This document shows positions 1 through 10,042 of a DNA stretch of 64,000 nt, piece by piece; positions within the stretch are counted from its first letter, which is position 1, and every line of letters begins with the position of its first letter. The notes below the pieces were generated by a model, which did not search any database, was not told the DNA's origin, and saw nothing but the letters and a program-made list of their open reading frames with translations. Source of the stretch: Escherichia phage Baret; sequence record OR896834.1. One strand, given 5' to 3'. A program made the position numbers and the translations under genes.

Positions 1-2721
1 AGGCATAAACTTATAAGGAATTGGCATACACTCGATTTTACAATAGGTTCTGTACCAGTCTACAATATTTTCAGTGTTCATATCCTTACCAATACCCATC
101 ATACCAAGATACATTCTAGCATATTTTGGGTTAGCACTCTGACCTGTTTTAAGGAAGAAGTCCTTCTTCTTACCTTTCAGAGCTTCTATGAATGGTTTGA
201 TAGTGACGTTTGAACACTTCTTAATATCTTCCCAAAACATCTCGTGCATTTTATGGAAGAATGCCGCTCGATCATTAGGTTTATCCTTGATATATTGTTC
301 AACATGCTCAACTGTTACATCTTTAATAGACTCAAGATGATAATAGCGAACAAGAAGTAGTTTAGCTTCATACGCATCCGCATGACGTGGAGCACAATAA
401 TCAGGAGTTGAATGTAGAATAGCTTTGATTCGCTCTTCCATATATTCTTTCCCTGCACCTTCAATAGTTCCCCAGCTTTCGCTGAAAATATCAATAGTTG
501 CACCCTGATCAAGCAAGTAATAACGTAAAGTACTAGTATAATTTCTAGATTCCAGCTCTCTACGACGTGCATATAATTGCTGTGCTAACTCCAGCCAGCC
601 CTCATCAATATTATATTGTTCAGAACCTGCAGAGAATCCACTCGTAGATTTATCAATAAAATAATAGATATTCTGAGCACCACGGTCGCGCCTGATTGCT
701 TGAAAACGCATGTTTGGCGCTTGGTTACTGGTTCTAGTAATAACGAATACGTTATCAAAATAGTTGAAGTCAACCCCACTCGTTACGGATGGACTACATA
801 ATAAGCAATCAATTTGTTGATCAATCAGCTCATTAGTTGTGTAATCCAGAATACGTCTAATATCCACATCAGACGTAGAATTTGAGTGGATTTCCTTAAC
901 TAACGCACCCGTATTACGACGTAATGCCATACCCTTCTCATTCAGCTCATCAGGGGCACAATCAGATACCAGAATAGATTTCTCACCCATCTCTAGAGAA
1001 GTCTGAAGTGCAACCCAAATACTGGATTCATCAGGAAACTCATAAGCATGAGCTTTTGACAGCATTTTACGGTGATGATTATAAAATGCAACCGGTTTAT
1101 CAAACTCGATCAAAGAACCATATGCTTCAATTGTTTCTGCACTAATATCACCATCTGATAATATAATGATTTTTGCAGTTGCAAGAATATCCCGAAGAAC
1201 CTGAATACATTCACGACGTTGTTTAACAACCGGGGCGAATAGTAGGTCATTCATTACTGCATCACATTCATCTATAAAGATTGCATCAATTTGACCAATA
1301 AAACTCTTGAACTTATGCAAAGAGTGAATAGTTGTGGACATACGGTCAATAGCACCACGCTTAAAATTAAGCATATCTACAGACTTATCATATTGTCCTG
1401 CACTAAATTTCTTAGCATTGGAAGATACCAGTGCTCGAGTATTGGTAATTGCTAAGAAATTACCTTTAATAACTCTTGAATCTAACCAACGCACAACCGC
1501 TGTAGTTTTACCTGTACCTAGACTCGCTTTTACAAAAGTCATATAACCTTCTGGTGGCACAGTATTTAATTTCAAGAAGTTATCAGTCTCTAAAGAGTTA
1601 GTTTCTAGCTTTTTGAGTGGAATACCTTTTAAAACATCCGGTATATCACGTTTAGAATTATTAACAAATGCTTTTAGAGCCTGTTTACGACCATTATTAA
1701 AGTAGTCTTGAATATTACGACTATTATCTTTAGTTGCAATATATTCTGATAAGGCTGGACGGATTTCTTTTTCTAGCCATGCAAAATCAACACCATCCTC
1801 TAAAGCCCTGTGATAGAGTTTAGGAATAATACGTAGATACACTCCATCCTCAGCTTCTTCTAGTTCGCTGATGGTTTCTTCTACTTTATCAGAGGCAGCT
1901 TTTTTACCCTTAATTTGGTCGAGTAAAGAGTAGAACTCTTCTTTAAACTCACCTCTAGTTGTTTCATAGTCAACCAGATTATTGGGTAAATTTACTTTAG
2001 AACCCTTAACAAATACCAGACGTGAAGCACCCTCCGCTTTAAACGGATCTACTATACCATCGGTAAATAACGGATCTGCAAAATAATGGAGCTGTACGGA
2101 AGAGTAATAAGCTAAGTCGGCAATATCAAAGCCATACTTTTGTCTACTACTTTCGTTGATAGATGTAAATAAGAATTTGATTTGACCCTGAGTTACTTTA
2201 ACATTAGATTCTAGTATTAAGTGCATTCGGATACCTGGTTTTAGCCCAGCCGAAGATGATGCATGAGCGATAAACCCTGCATCAAGAGGAAACATATCCT
2301 CACTAATACTATTTAACATTCTAATAATATGTCGAGCCATGCCAACAAGATCAAACTTGTTACAACCACCTGTATCTACAATACCATCCACGTCCATTGC
2401 AATTATATGACTTGGGTTAGATACATTAAAGTTGCCCTTCTTACGTCGCACATTATTTTTAGGTGCAAGACATCGACCTCGTACCGCAACGATATGAGGG
2501 TCAGACGTTAAACGTCTCATAAGAGGAAGCATTTCTACTAGGGTTTGAGGATCAACTTCGTCAATTACATCAAACTTGAAGGGCATTGAAGCTGGTTTAC
2601 CTTCAGGATGCTTTGAGGAAAATCTTTTAGCAAAAAGATAATCTTCTGCTTTAACTTCTCGCCAATTGCCTGTGGCTAAATCGCGATGAAATCCTGCATG
2701 ACCTTGTAGGATTGAAAACAC
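1..2721 (-). CDS. putative primase/helicase-like replication protein, partial (C-terminus beyond window start)
   Basis: Absent from ORF track because the stop lies outside the window; hand translation from GTG 2719-2721 (AGGAG 2729-2733) appears open to the window start (stop-freeness not exhaustively verified); Walker A GTGKTT (~1504-1518) in frame, FIDECD Walker-B-like motif, N-terminal AMDVDG acidic primase-like motif. Confidence 0.55.
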   Translation of the reverse strand, partial: MFSILQGHAGFHRDLATGNWREVKAEDYLFAKRFSSKHPEGKPASMPFKFDVIDEVDPQTLVEMLPLMRRLTSDPHIVAVRGRCLAPKNNVRRKKGNFNVSNPSHIIAMDVDGIVDTGGCNKFDLVGMARHIIRMLNSISEDMFPLDAGFIAHASSSAGLKPGIRMHLILESNVKVTQGQIKFLFTSINESSRQKYGFDIADLAYYSSVQLHYFADPLFTDGIVDPFKAEGASRLVFVKGSKVNLPNNLVDYETTRGEFKEEFYSLLDQIKGKKAASDKVEETISELEEAEDGVYLRIIPKLYHRALEDGVDFAWLEKEIRPALSEYIATKDNSRNIQDYFNNGRKQALKAFVNNSKRDIPDVLKGIPLKKLETNSLETDNFLKLNTVPPEGYMTFVKASLGTGKTTAVVRWLDSRVIKGNFLAITNTRALVSSNAKKFSAGQYDKSVDMLNFKRGAIDRMSTTIHSLHKFKSFIGQIDAIFIDECDAVMNDLLFAPVVKQRRECIQVLRDILATAKIIILSDGDISAETIEAYGSLIEFDKPVAFYNHHRKMLSKAHAYEFPDESSIWVALQTSLEMGEKSILVSDCAPDELNEKGMALRRNTGALVKEIHSNSTSDVDIRRILDYTTNELIDQQIDCLLCSPSVTSGVDFNYFDNVFVITRTSNQAPNMRFQAIRRDRGAQNIYYFIDKSTSGFSAGSEQYNIDEGWLELAQQLYARRRELESRNYTSTLRYYLLDQGATIDIFSESWGTIEGAGKEYMEERIKAILHSTPDYCAPRHADAYEAKLLLVRYYHLESIKDVTVEHVEQYIKDKPNDRAAFFHKMHEMFWEDIKKCSNVTIKPFIEALKGKKKDFFLKTGQSANPKYARMYLGMMGIGKDMNTENIVDWYRTYCKIECMPIPYKFMP

Positions 2722-3292
2722 AACAATACTCCTGTGTTGAAAATGAAATAAGTTTTCTTTAGGACTATTCAGAAAGAATAGAACAACTGTTACTGTCAAT
2801 TTCTCAACAAATTAATCGCAAATACTGAAGGGGGGTGGCAACTTCCCCTTTCACGCTACACTGCCGCTTCACTATACCGCACAAATCCTTGAGGATGGCC
2901 GCTAAGCCAGATTTGCTCACCTAATGCTTCATGTACTAGCTCATACTAGATGCAGTATACCTTACGTCATCACTTCTCAGAGTTTTTCACTCTTCCCGTC
3001 TCACTTCACAACCACCTCACACTAGGTTGCTTCGAGGCCTTACCAGGGTTCCTACGGGATGTAGATCGCTAAGTATTCTATTAACTATTTGTTTAAAAAC
3101 TAACACGTAACAGTTAAAACAACCCTTAATGGGGCAGCCTAACTGTTCCGTATCGCGGATTGTAAACAAGAAAAATTAGCAAAATCAATTTTTACTAATG
3201 TCTCTCAATTCAATATAAATATTATATCAAGATTTTGGGCATCCTGCAAGTAAAATTTTCCGGATGGTGCTATCATTGGTCTTGAGTACGGA

Positions 3293-3320
3293 TAAAACCG
3301 AGCCAAAATGACTCGGTTAT
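3293..3320 (-). terminator. hairpin plus T-run after the 65-aa ORF (minus strand)
   Basis: minus-strand CCGAGTCATTTTGGCTCGG followed by TTTT. Confidence 0.45.
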
Positions 3321-3325
3321 GTGGA

Positions 3326-3523
3326 TTAGACGCTTAAAATACTTCTAATCTCTTCTATATACTTACCTACTTTTTTAGCATCTACTTTACTTAGTTTTCC
3401 TATATCAAAATCAGGATCAGTAAACATTCTAGCTATCTCTATCTCTAGAGACTTACTAATTTTCCCGGTAGTATTCCACTTAGAAATCTTACCTTTTATT
3501 TTCCAAAATTCCTTATTCATCAT
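3326..3523 (-). CDS. hypothetical protein (65 aa)
   Basis: ORF track; co-directional tight operon. Confidence 0.4.
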   Translation of the reverse strand: MMNKEFWKIKGKISKWNTTGKISKSLEIEIARMFTDPDFDIGKLSKVDAKKVGKYIEEIRSILSV

Positions 3524-3905
3524 TTAGGCCTGGAACATAAATCCCAACACGGTTTAATTGTTCTTTAGCTTCTTTGAGAATATCTGGAGTGTACTCCCAA
3601 ATATCATCTTCTACCTGTAAAAGATGGGGCGAACAACCGTCATCAGGCACACGACATATGGCCAAACCACGTGGATGGAATATAGAGAAGTTTAGGGCAA
3701 CAATTAAACCCATAGCAGACAATTCATTCCAATCCAATTCCCATTCCCTAGCGTAGCCTGATAGGAAAACACCAACACAGGGATCATCTATTTGCTGCTC
3801 TGGAAAAGTGAAGGAGGCTTGTCTTACCCCCAACCAACGTTGTAGCAGCTTCTCAGCACGCTTCACCAAACTAGGATCAATCTGACGCCAATATACTTGT
3901 TCCAT
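3513..3905 (-). CDS. hypothetical protein (130 aa), paralog of adjacent 142-aa ORF
   Basis: ORF track; shares ...WxELDxMGLxxALN...YxPGL pattern with 3915-4343 product. Confidence 0.5.
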   Translation of the reverse strand: MEQVYWRQIDPSLVKRAEKLLQRWLGVRQASFTFPEQQIDDPCVGVFLSGYAREWELDWNELSAMGLIVALNFSIFHPRGLAICRVPDDGCSPHLLQVEDDIWEYTPDILKEAKEQLNRVGIYVPGLNDE

Positions 3906-3914
3906 TCTGCCTCC

Positions 3915-4343
3915 TTAAGCAGTTAAACCTGGGATCATATACCCGAAATGGCGAAGTTTCTGAATCCCCTCATTCACTTCTTCCGGTGAGTAAGACCAAC
4001 CATAACGTTCATTAACCTGAAAACCAGGAGATTCACTAGTTTTATAGTTAACAACTAGGCGATGCTTAGCAGGCATAAACAGCTTATAGTTTAACGCAAA
4101 AACTAAGCCCATTTCGTCTAACTCTTTCCAGCCCACAATCTCTTCAAGACCATCCTCTACCTGCACAATTAAACCAATACAGGGGGCCTCATCAATATCA
4201 TCCTTAAAAGCAAAGGAGATTTCGTTATTCTCACACCATATTTTCAAAGAGTTAATAGCCTCATTATACAGGCTAGCTGGGAGAGTACGCCAAAAGTTAA
4301 CCAAAATTGGGTTAGCTTCTTTAGAGAATACATTATTGAACAT
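3915..4343 (-). CDS. hypothetical protein (142 aa), paralog of adjacent 130-aa ORF
   Basis: ORF track; tandem duplicate of 3513-3905. Confidence 0.5.
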   Translation of the reverse strand: MFNNVFSKEANPILVNFWRTLPASLYNEAINSLKIWCENNEISFAFKDDIDEAPCIGLIVQVEDGLEEIVGWKELDEMGLVFALNYKLFMPAKHRLVVNYKTSESPGFQVNERYGWSYSPEEVNEGIQKLRHFGYMIPGLTA

Positions 4344-4345
4344 AT

Positions 4346-4852
4346 TTACACCTTAAATTGTTGTAAGGATTTACACATTTCAATATCTGGGCTAAATTCT
4401 AGCATATAGCTAACAGCTTTTAAATCTTGAAGATTTATCCCAGTCCTACCGTTGACTATAACCGTTGGATACTGATACATCATAGCACCAGCATCATCAA
4501 GCACACACCAATGTTTGAGCTTATGCTTTTCAACGAAACGGAGAACAGAATTACCTCTAGATAGCCCACCCCCAGTAAAATCAGTTGTACCAAGAAAACG
4601 ATCGATAAGACCTAATCCGGTCATAATCTGAACGTTCTCCATCTCATTCCTGACAGAGAACCATGAGGATACTCCAACAATCATTATCGGAGAAGGACGA
4701 ATAAAATCCTGAAAAGCCTTGAGAAGCGGTTTGAAAACCCAGTCACTTCCAAAGAAAATCTTTTCATTATCAGGTGCATGATGATGGGAGATGCTCGAAT
4801 TGAGCACCCCATCAATGTCTAGAAAAATAATTGGAGTATTACTTATTTCCAT
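4346..4852 (-). CDS. HAD-superfamily phosphatase-like protein
   Basis: N-terminal IFLDIDGVL (DxDG motif I of HAD hydrolases); 168 aa. Confidence 0.5.
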   Translation of the reverse strand: MEISNTPIIFLDIDGVLNSSISHHHAPDNEKIFFGSDWVFKPLLKAFQDFIRPSPIMIVGVSSWFSVRNEMENVQIMTGLGLIDRFLGTTDFTGGGLSRGNSVLRFVEKHKLKHWCVLDDAGAMMYQYPTVIVNGRTGINLQDLKAVSYMLEFSPDIEMCKSLQQFKV

Positions 4853-5021
4853 TTTTGTTCCTTTCTAAGAACGTATCATACTCAACCGTATCAACATATA
4901 TAACACCATAGTCATCAGATTTATAGTCCATTTCCCACAGCTCACAACGATAGCACCAACTACCGTCCGCCCATACAAATATATCATCAGGGTGTGTATA
5001 CACAGATTTAATTATGGACAT
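4839..5021 (-). CDS. hypothetical protein (60 aa)
   Basis: ORF track; overlaps neighbours by a few nt in operon-like fashion. Confidence 0.35.
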   Translation of the reverse strand: MSIIKSVYTHPDDIFVWADGSWCYRCELWEMDYKSDDYGVIYVDTVEYDTFLERNKNGNK

Positions 5022-5866
5022 ATTTGTTTCCCCGGCACATAAGGTCTACCCTCTAAATGGGCTTCTACACGAGCGATAAAATCAGGGTCATTGAAAGCAT
5101 CTACCGCACCTTTACTCCAGTAAGAGATACCACGTTCTTCCAGCTGGTACATCTCACTACGAGTCATACCTTGATAGCCAGGTTCCGCTGCGAGGGCACT
5201 ATCATAGTAGTTAACAACCATAAGTTTCGCAGCAGTCAAATTAAGAACAGGAAATAATTCCCAGTAGAAGTTAATTACTTGGTTAGAGCAACCAACCACA
5301 ATGATCATATCTTGACTGGTAATACCATCAAAAATATTGTACATTTCTGCATACGCTGGAGCATGCTCCCCAAAGAAGATTACATTAGGTTTAACCCATT
5401 TATAATCATCTGGATCAATAGAAGTGTACCCTACATCAATAATCCGTTTATTGCTACTATTGTAGCTATCAGCTACAACAACCTCTTTTAAATATCCGTG
5501 AATGTGCAGAATGTCACTATGTGGAACGCCAGCACGCTCAATAAGGTCATCAACGTTGGTAGTCAAGTTTACTACCTGACCTGGATATTGTTTATACCAT
5601 TCACCAATACGCAAATGTGCAAGATTGGGTTCAACAGTTTTTAGCTCTTCACGACGTTTGTTGTAAAACATATGGGTTTTATGGTAAAAATTACCACGAA
5701 AGGCATGAATATTACATACTTCTTCTAGATCATAATCATCCCACAGTGCTTTACCACTAGCAGTATCAGTACGAAAAGCTCGTACACCACTTTCAACACT
5801 CAAACCCGCACCGCTAATAATAATTAATCTACGCATTTTCCACCTGTTCTCTGAAGTTTTGCCCAA
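5012..5866 (-). CDS. Sir2-family (sirtuin-like) NAD-dependent protein
   Basis: IISGAGLSVESGVRAFR (sirtuin GAGIS..SGIP.FR motif) and NVDDLIERAG...HIHG; true start may be the internal Met (MRRLII...). Confidence 0.6.
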   Translation of the reverse strand: MGKTSENRWKMRRLIIISGAGLSVESGVRAFRTDTASGKALWDDYDLEEVCNIHAFRGNFYHKTHMFYNKRREELKTVEPNLAHLRIGEWYKQYPGQVVNLTTNVDDLIERAGVPHSDILHIHGYLKEVVVADSYNSSNKRIIDVGYTSIDPDDYKWVKPNVIFFGEHAPAYAEMYNIFDGITSQDMIIVVGCSNQVINFYWELFPVLNLTAAKLMVVNYYDSALAAEPGYQGMTRSEMYQLEERGISYWSKGAVDAFNDPDFIARVEAHLEGRPYVPGKQICP

Positions 5867-6050
5867 TACTGTCTAATAGCTCAGCTAATTCTTTATTGCC
5901 TTTCTCCATTAAGGTATTAGCAATAACTTCTAGCATATTAGCGCAGGATTCAACACCATCCTTATAGCCAGTTTCCCAATACTGCATTAATGCGTTTTCC
6001 AAAGCGGCATTTAAACCCTTATCTGGTAGCATCGGCTTCGAGAATGCCAT
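5829..6050 (-). CDS. hypothetical protein (73 aa)
   Basis: ORF track. Confidence 0.4.
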   Translation of the reverse strand: MAFSKPMLPDKGLNAALENALMQYWETGYKDGVESCANMLEVIANTLMEKGNKELAELLDSIGQNFREQVENA

Positions 6051-6243
6051 AAAGTTTCTCCTCTAGTTCCATAACACGATTTTCATAAGAAGCACGCAAC
6101 TTTTCAATTGCCAGCGCACGCACTGTAACCTCATTAGAATTAATAGCTAACTGGGCTAGGTCTTCTGTTTCCATACGTCCGTTGTAAATTAAGCGATATT
6201 TAAGGTGTTTCACATTCTTAGTCATTATTAAACTCCACTGCAA
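6019..6243 (-). CDS. hypothetical protein (74 aa)
   Basis: ORF track. Confidence 0.4.
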   Translation of the reverse strand: MQWSLIMTKNVKHLKYRLIYNGRMETEDLAQLAINSNEVTVRALAIEKLRASYENRVMELEEKLYGILEADATR

Positions 6244-6598
6244 CTGTTTCTAGGTCTTCATCAGAAAAACTAGAGTATACATCTTTAAGATATTGTTTAA
6301 TACTCCAAGTAATATCTTCGTACCCATGGGGGCTACGTTGGTACACTTTTAGCACTCTATTATACACAAATTCAAGATTACATTTTACTTCATCTCTGTC
6401 TTCATCAAACAAGCAATATGGATTATAAGGTGATACATCTAGATTTGTTCCCACCCAATCGCCAATAATTGATGAATATCCAATACCCTCTAGATGGGAA
6501 TAATCTCCAGTAGATGCAAAAATAGCTTCTCTAAGATCGTCTACGCCAAGATGGAAACTACCACATGTAGACTCAACTATATAGGGCTTTAATTCCAT
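6218..6598 (-). CDS. hypothetical protein (126 aa)
   Basis: ORF track; immediately downstream of nrdD; no radical-SAM CxxxCxxC motif, so not an NrdG activase. Confidence 0.45.
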   Translation of the reverse strand: MELKPYIVESTCGSFHLGVDDLREAIFASTGDYSHLEGIGYSSIIGDWVGTNLDVSPYNPYCLFDEDRDEVKCNLEFVYNRVLKVYQRSPHGYEDITWSIKQYLKDVYSSFSDEDLETVAVEFNND

Positions 6599-6697
6599 AC
6601 CTTTCTCCTATCAAATTTATAAATCTATTATATATAAATTTTTGGCTGAAAGCAAATAAAATAAAAGCCAGGTCGACTAGCAACCCGGCTGATTAGC

Positions 6698-8572
6698 TTA
6701 CTTAGCTCGAATATCCTGATGCTTCACCCTGCCCATCACCTCGTGCTGTTTGCCAGGGTTAAATGGACGAGCACCCGGATTTCCAAGATACCCACAAACC
6801 CGACGAGTTACTTCAAGAGTTTCAGGGTCATGATTACCACAGATAGGGCACTTGAATCCATCTTCGGATGCTACTGTTTCACCTAAGAATCCACATTTAC
6901 CACAAGAATCCACTGGAGTATTAATACCAAAGTAATGAACCTTACTAGCAGCATAATTAATAACCCATTCCAGTGCATCTGGGAATCGTTTCATATCCGG
7001 TAGTTCTACATAGGAAATGCACCCACCAGAAGCAATCGGAGTAAAGTTAGATTCATAATCAAATTTGACGTTAGGAGCAACTTTACGTTCCACATCAAGG
7101 TGGTGAGAGTTAGTGTAGTAACCTTTGGACAGAATATCTTCATGCTCCGGGAAATATTCACGGTCTAGACGACAAAAGCGATCACATAGGGACTCTGATG
7201 GTGTAGCATACAGACTATAGCCTAACTGAGTCTCTTCCTTCTTCTGATCGACTCTATCTCGCATGTACTGCAATACACGCTGAACAAACTTGATGCAGGT
7301 CTCGGACATTGTATCTACATCTTTGCCAAACATGAACTGTAGCATTTCATGGCAACCAATATACCCTAGAGATACAGAAGCACGGTTATAGAAATGATCG
7401 AATACATATTCATCAGGCCCCAAGCGTAACCCAAAGGCTCCTGACATATAGAGGATGGGTGCAGCTTTAGCTTGAATGTATTTTAAGCGATCAACTCTCC
7501 ACTCCAACGCTTTTAATGCTGTATCCACACGTAGCTCAAGCAAATCAAAGAATAGATCAATATTTCCTTCAGCTTCGATAGCAATTCTAGGCAAGTTTAC
7601 AGAAACAACACCTAAGTTATTACGACCGGCAGTTTCACCATCTTCTGTAGCAGCTAGGAATGAACGGCAGCCCATAGAAACTTTGTAGTCTCCAGTAACC
7701 TCTACAACTTTGTCATAGCTGATATAATCTGGATACATACGTTCAGCAGTACATTTCATAGATAACTTCTTGATGTCATAATTAACATCTCCTGGTTTCA
7801 TATTAACGCCATCACGAAGTACAAATACCAGTTTCGGGAAGATAGCTGTACGTTTATTGATACCTAAACCATCCATGCGTACTTTCAGTATTGCCCTCTG
7901 TACTAGACGTGCTTCCCAAGAAGTTCCTAGACCAAAACCAAAGGTAATAAATGGGCTCTGACCATTAGAGTTGAACATGGTATTGATTTCATATTCTAAA
8001 CCCTGACAAGCGTCATAGACTTCTTTTTCAGTCATCTCCGTAGCCATTACGGATGCTTTGGCTTCATCCTTAGTCCAACGTTTTGCAAACGCATGATTTT
8101 TATCATAGGATTTACGAACATAAGGTGCTAATACTTCATCAAGGCGATCTACAGAAGTACCACCATACTGATGGGAGCTAACTTGAGTGATAATCTGAGC
8201 AGTGATAGCCGCCGCAGTAGTGATAGAGTTTGGAGTGCTAATTTCAGCATTACCAACCTTCATACCATTCTTCAACATATCTTCCAGAGCTACCAGGCAA
8301 CAGTTAGTCATGCCTAATGCAGCATAATCAGCATCATGGAAATGAATATCCCCAATCATATGAGCATTTCGAATCTGAATTGGCATTTCTTCTAGAATCA
8401 GATACTTACTCAATTCACCTGCAAGCATATCCCTTTGTGTAGGGAAACGTTCTGAGGGTTTATTGGCATTATTAAACAGCAGCTCTTCATCTGCTGACCC
8501 TTCGATAATCTCTTTGCAGTTTCTAATTAACGCCTGCATTTCTTTATACTTTAGTTCTTCATTGCGATTCAT
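6698..8572 (-). CDS. nrdD: anaerobic ribonucleoside-triphosphate reductase (class III RNR)
   Basis: 624 aa; C-terminal glycyl-radical motif RVCGYLG preceded by Zn-ribbon CGKCGF...CPICG. Confidence 0.9.
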   Translation of the reverse strand: MNRNEELKYKEMQALIRNCKEIIEGSADEELLFNNANKPSERFPTQRDMLAGELSKYLILEEMPIQIRNAHMIGDIHFHDADYAALGMTNCCLVALEDMLKNGMKVGNAEISTPNSITTAAAITAQIITQVSSHQYGGTSVDRLDEVLAPYVRKSYDKNHAFAKRWTKDEAKASVMATEMTEKEVYDACQGLEYEINTMFNSNGQSPFITFGFGLGTSWEARLVQRAILKVRMDGLGINKRTAIFPKLVFVLRDGVNMKPGDVNYDIKKLSMKCTAERMYPDYISYDKVVEVTGDYKVSMGCRSFLAATEDGETAGRNNLGVVSVNLPRIAIEAEGNIDLFFDLLELRVDTALKALEWRVDRLKYIQAKAAPILYMSGAFGLRLGPDEYVFDHFYNRASVSLGYIGCHEMLQFMFGKDVDTMSETCIKFVQRVLQYMRDRVDQKKEETQLGYSLYATPSESLCDRFCRLDREYFPEHEDILSKGYYTNSHHLDVERKVAPNVKFDYESNFTPIASGGCISYVELPDMKRFPDALEWVINYAASKVHYFGINTPVDSCGKCGFLGETVASEDGFKCPICGNHDPETLEVTRRVCGYLGNPGARPFNPGKQHEVMGRVKHQDIRAK

Positions 8573-8822
8573 TATACTCTCCTTCTCTAACTAAGACTAC
8601 TATTATAACTCATTCGAGGGCGGATGTCAACAATATTTTACTATAAAGTTCTGTAACATGATCTGAGTCAAAAAATTTTATTTGCCAATCTCTATTAAAA
8701 ATTGTATAATCACGCACTCGTACACGCGATATAAAATGATTATCTAGTATCACACATCTCACGTTAAAAGCAAGCAAATTTTTTATTTAAATGCAATATC
8801 ATAGGCTTATTTAAAATTGTAG

Positions 8823-8851
8823 TTGCTTTTTACTGTATATATTGGTATAAT
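8823..8851 (+). promoter_or_regulatory. early promoter (TTGCTT-17-TATAAT)
   Basis: -35 8823-8828, -10 8846-8851; upstream of phoH. Confidence 0.6.
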
Positions 8852-8924
8852 ATATTTGTAAGTTGATAAACAAGATCTTTTTGTTGATCCTCTGTTAGCG
8901 AAGTACACTATAGGAGTGTTATTT

Positions 8925-9677
8925 ATGGGAAAAGCACGTCAAAAAAGAGAGAACCGCAATGGTTCAAGAAAGCGTGGCAACAAATATGAGAATAACGTAA
9001 TTCAGGCTGATTTTTCTAATGATTACGCTAACCCAGTTGCTAAATCCCTAGTAGGTAAAAACCGCGAGCAAAAATCATATATCAATATGATCAAGAACAA
9101 CACAGTGACTGTGGGTATCGGTGAGCCAGGTACTGGTAAAACCTTTATTCCGTCCGTTCTTGCAGCTCAGGAACTCGTAGACATTCACTCAGATATTGAG
9201 CAAGTGATTCTCGTACGTCCTAATGAACCTCTAGGTAAGTCTCTTGGTATGCTTCCTGGTGATCTGGCGGAAAAGCTAGAGCCTTGGTTAGAGCCAATAG
9301 CTGATGGTATGAAATGGGCCATCGGCGATCATGCCTATAAGGGATATGTCGAACGTCAGAAAATTAAATTTTTGGCTGTCGAACATGCTCGTGGCAGAAC
9401 TTTCAACAACTCCTATGTAATTGTCGATGAAGCTCAGAATATTTCCGTTGAGGCAATGATTTGTCTCCTAACTCGTGTAGGGCAAGACTGCCGTTTAATT
9501 ATCTGTGGAGATATAGCTCAGAAAGACATTAAAGGTGACTCAGGTCTAGCACTCCTTATGGAAGTCTATGAGAAATATGAAAATGCCCCATTCTCAATGA
9601 TCGAATTGATTGATAACGTTCGTTCTGTTGAGTCTAAAGCATTCTATGATATTTTTAAAGATATGGGAAAGGTGTAA
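8925..9677 (+). CDS. phoH: PhoH-like ATPase
   Basis: Walker A GEPGTGKT; ATG 8925 with TAGGAG 8 nt upstream (track GTG 8916 start less likely). Confidence 0.85.
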   Translation: MGKARQKRENRNGSRKRGNKYENNVIQADFSNDYANPVAKSLVGKNREQKSYINMIKNNTVTVGIGEPGTGKTFIPSVLAAQELVDIHSDIEQVILVRPNEPLGKSLGMLPGDLAEKLEPWLEPIADGMKWAIGDHAYKGYVERQKIKFLAVEHARGRTFNNSYVIVDEAQNISVEAMICLLTRVGQDCRLIICGDIAQKDIKGDSGLALLMEVYEKYENAPFSMIELIDNVRSVESKAFYDIFKDMGKV

Positions 9678-9678
9678 T

Positions 9679-9921
9679 ATGGGAAACGTCGTTCATCTGA
9701 GCCGTAAAACTAAAATACATCGTACTTCACTGAGTGCTGCTAATATGATTACACGTAAGGAAGGGGAAGAAAGTCCTAAGACAACCCTAGCGTGGAAAAT
9801 TGTAACCTCAAATCCAAATAAACCATTCAATTATAACGAGCTGAGCACCTCTATAGATATTCTATTAAAAGAAGTAGCTAGAGCTAAAGTAATTGAACAA
9901 GCTAAAAAGCTAGACTGGTAA
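9679..9921 (+). CDS. hypothetical protein (80 aa)
   Basis: ATG 9679 directly after phoH stop; track ORF 9610-9921 trimmed. Confidence 0.4.
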   Translation: MGNVVHLSRKTKIHRTSLSAANMITRKEGEESPKTTLAWKIVTSNPNKPFNYNELSTSIDILLKEVARAKVIEQAKKLDW

Positions 9922-10042
9922 TATACAGGGCCTGGGTATGAAAATACTCGGGCCTTTTCTATCAGAAAATTTTATTTGCCTAATGACAGATAATAAAGTA
10001 GAATATTCCTTAAATCCTGATAACTATAAAAAGGAAAGCCAA

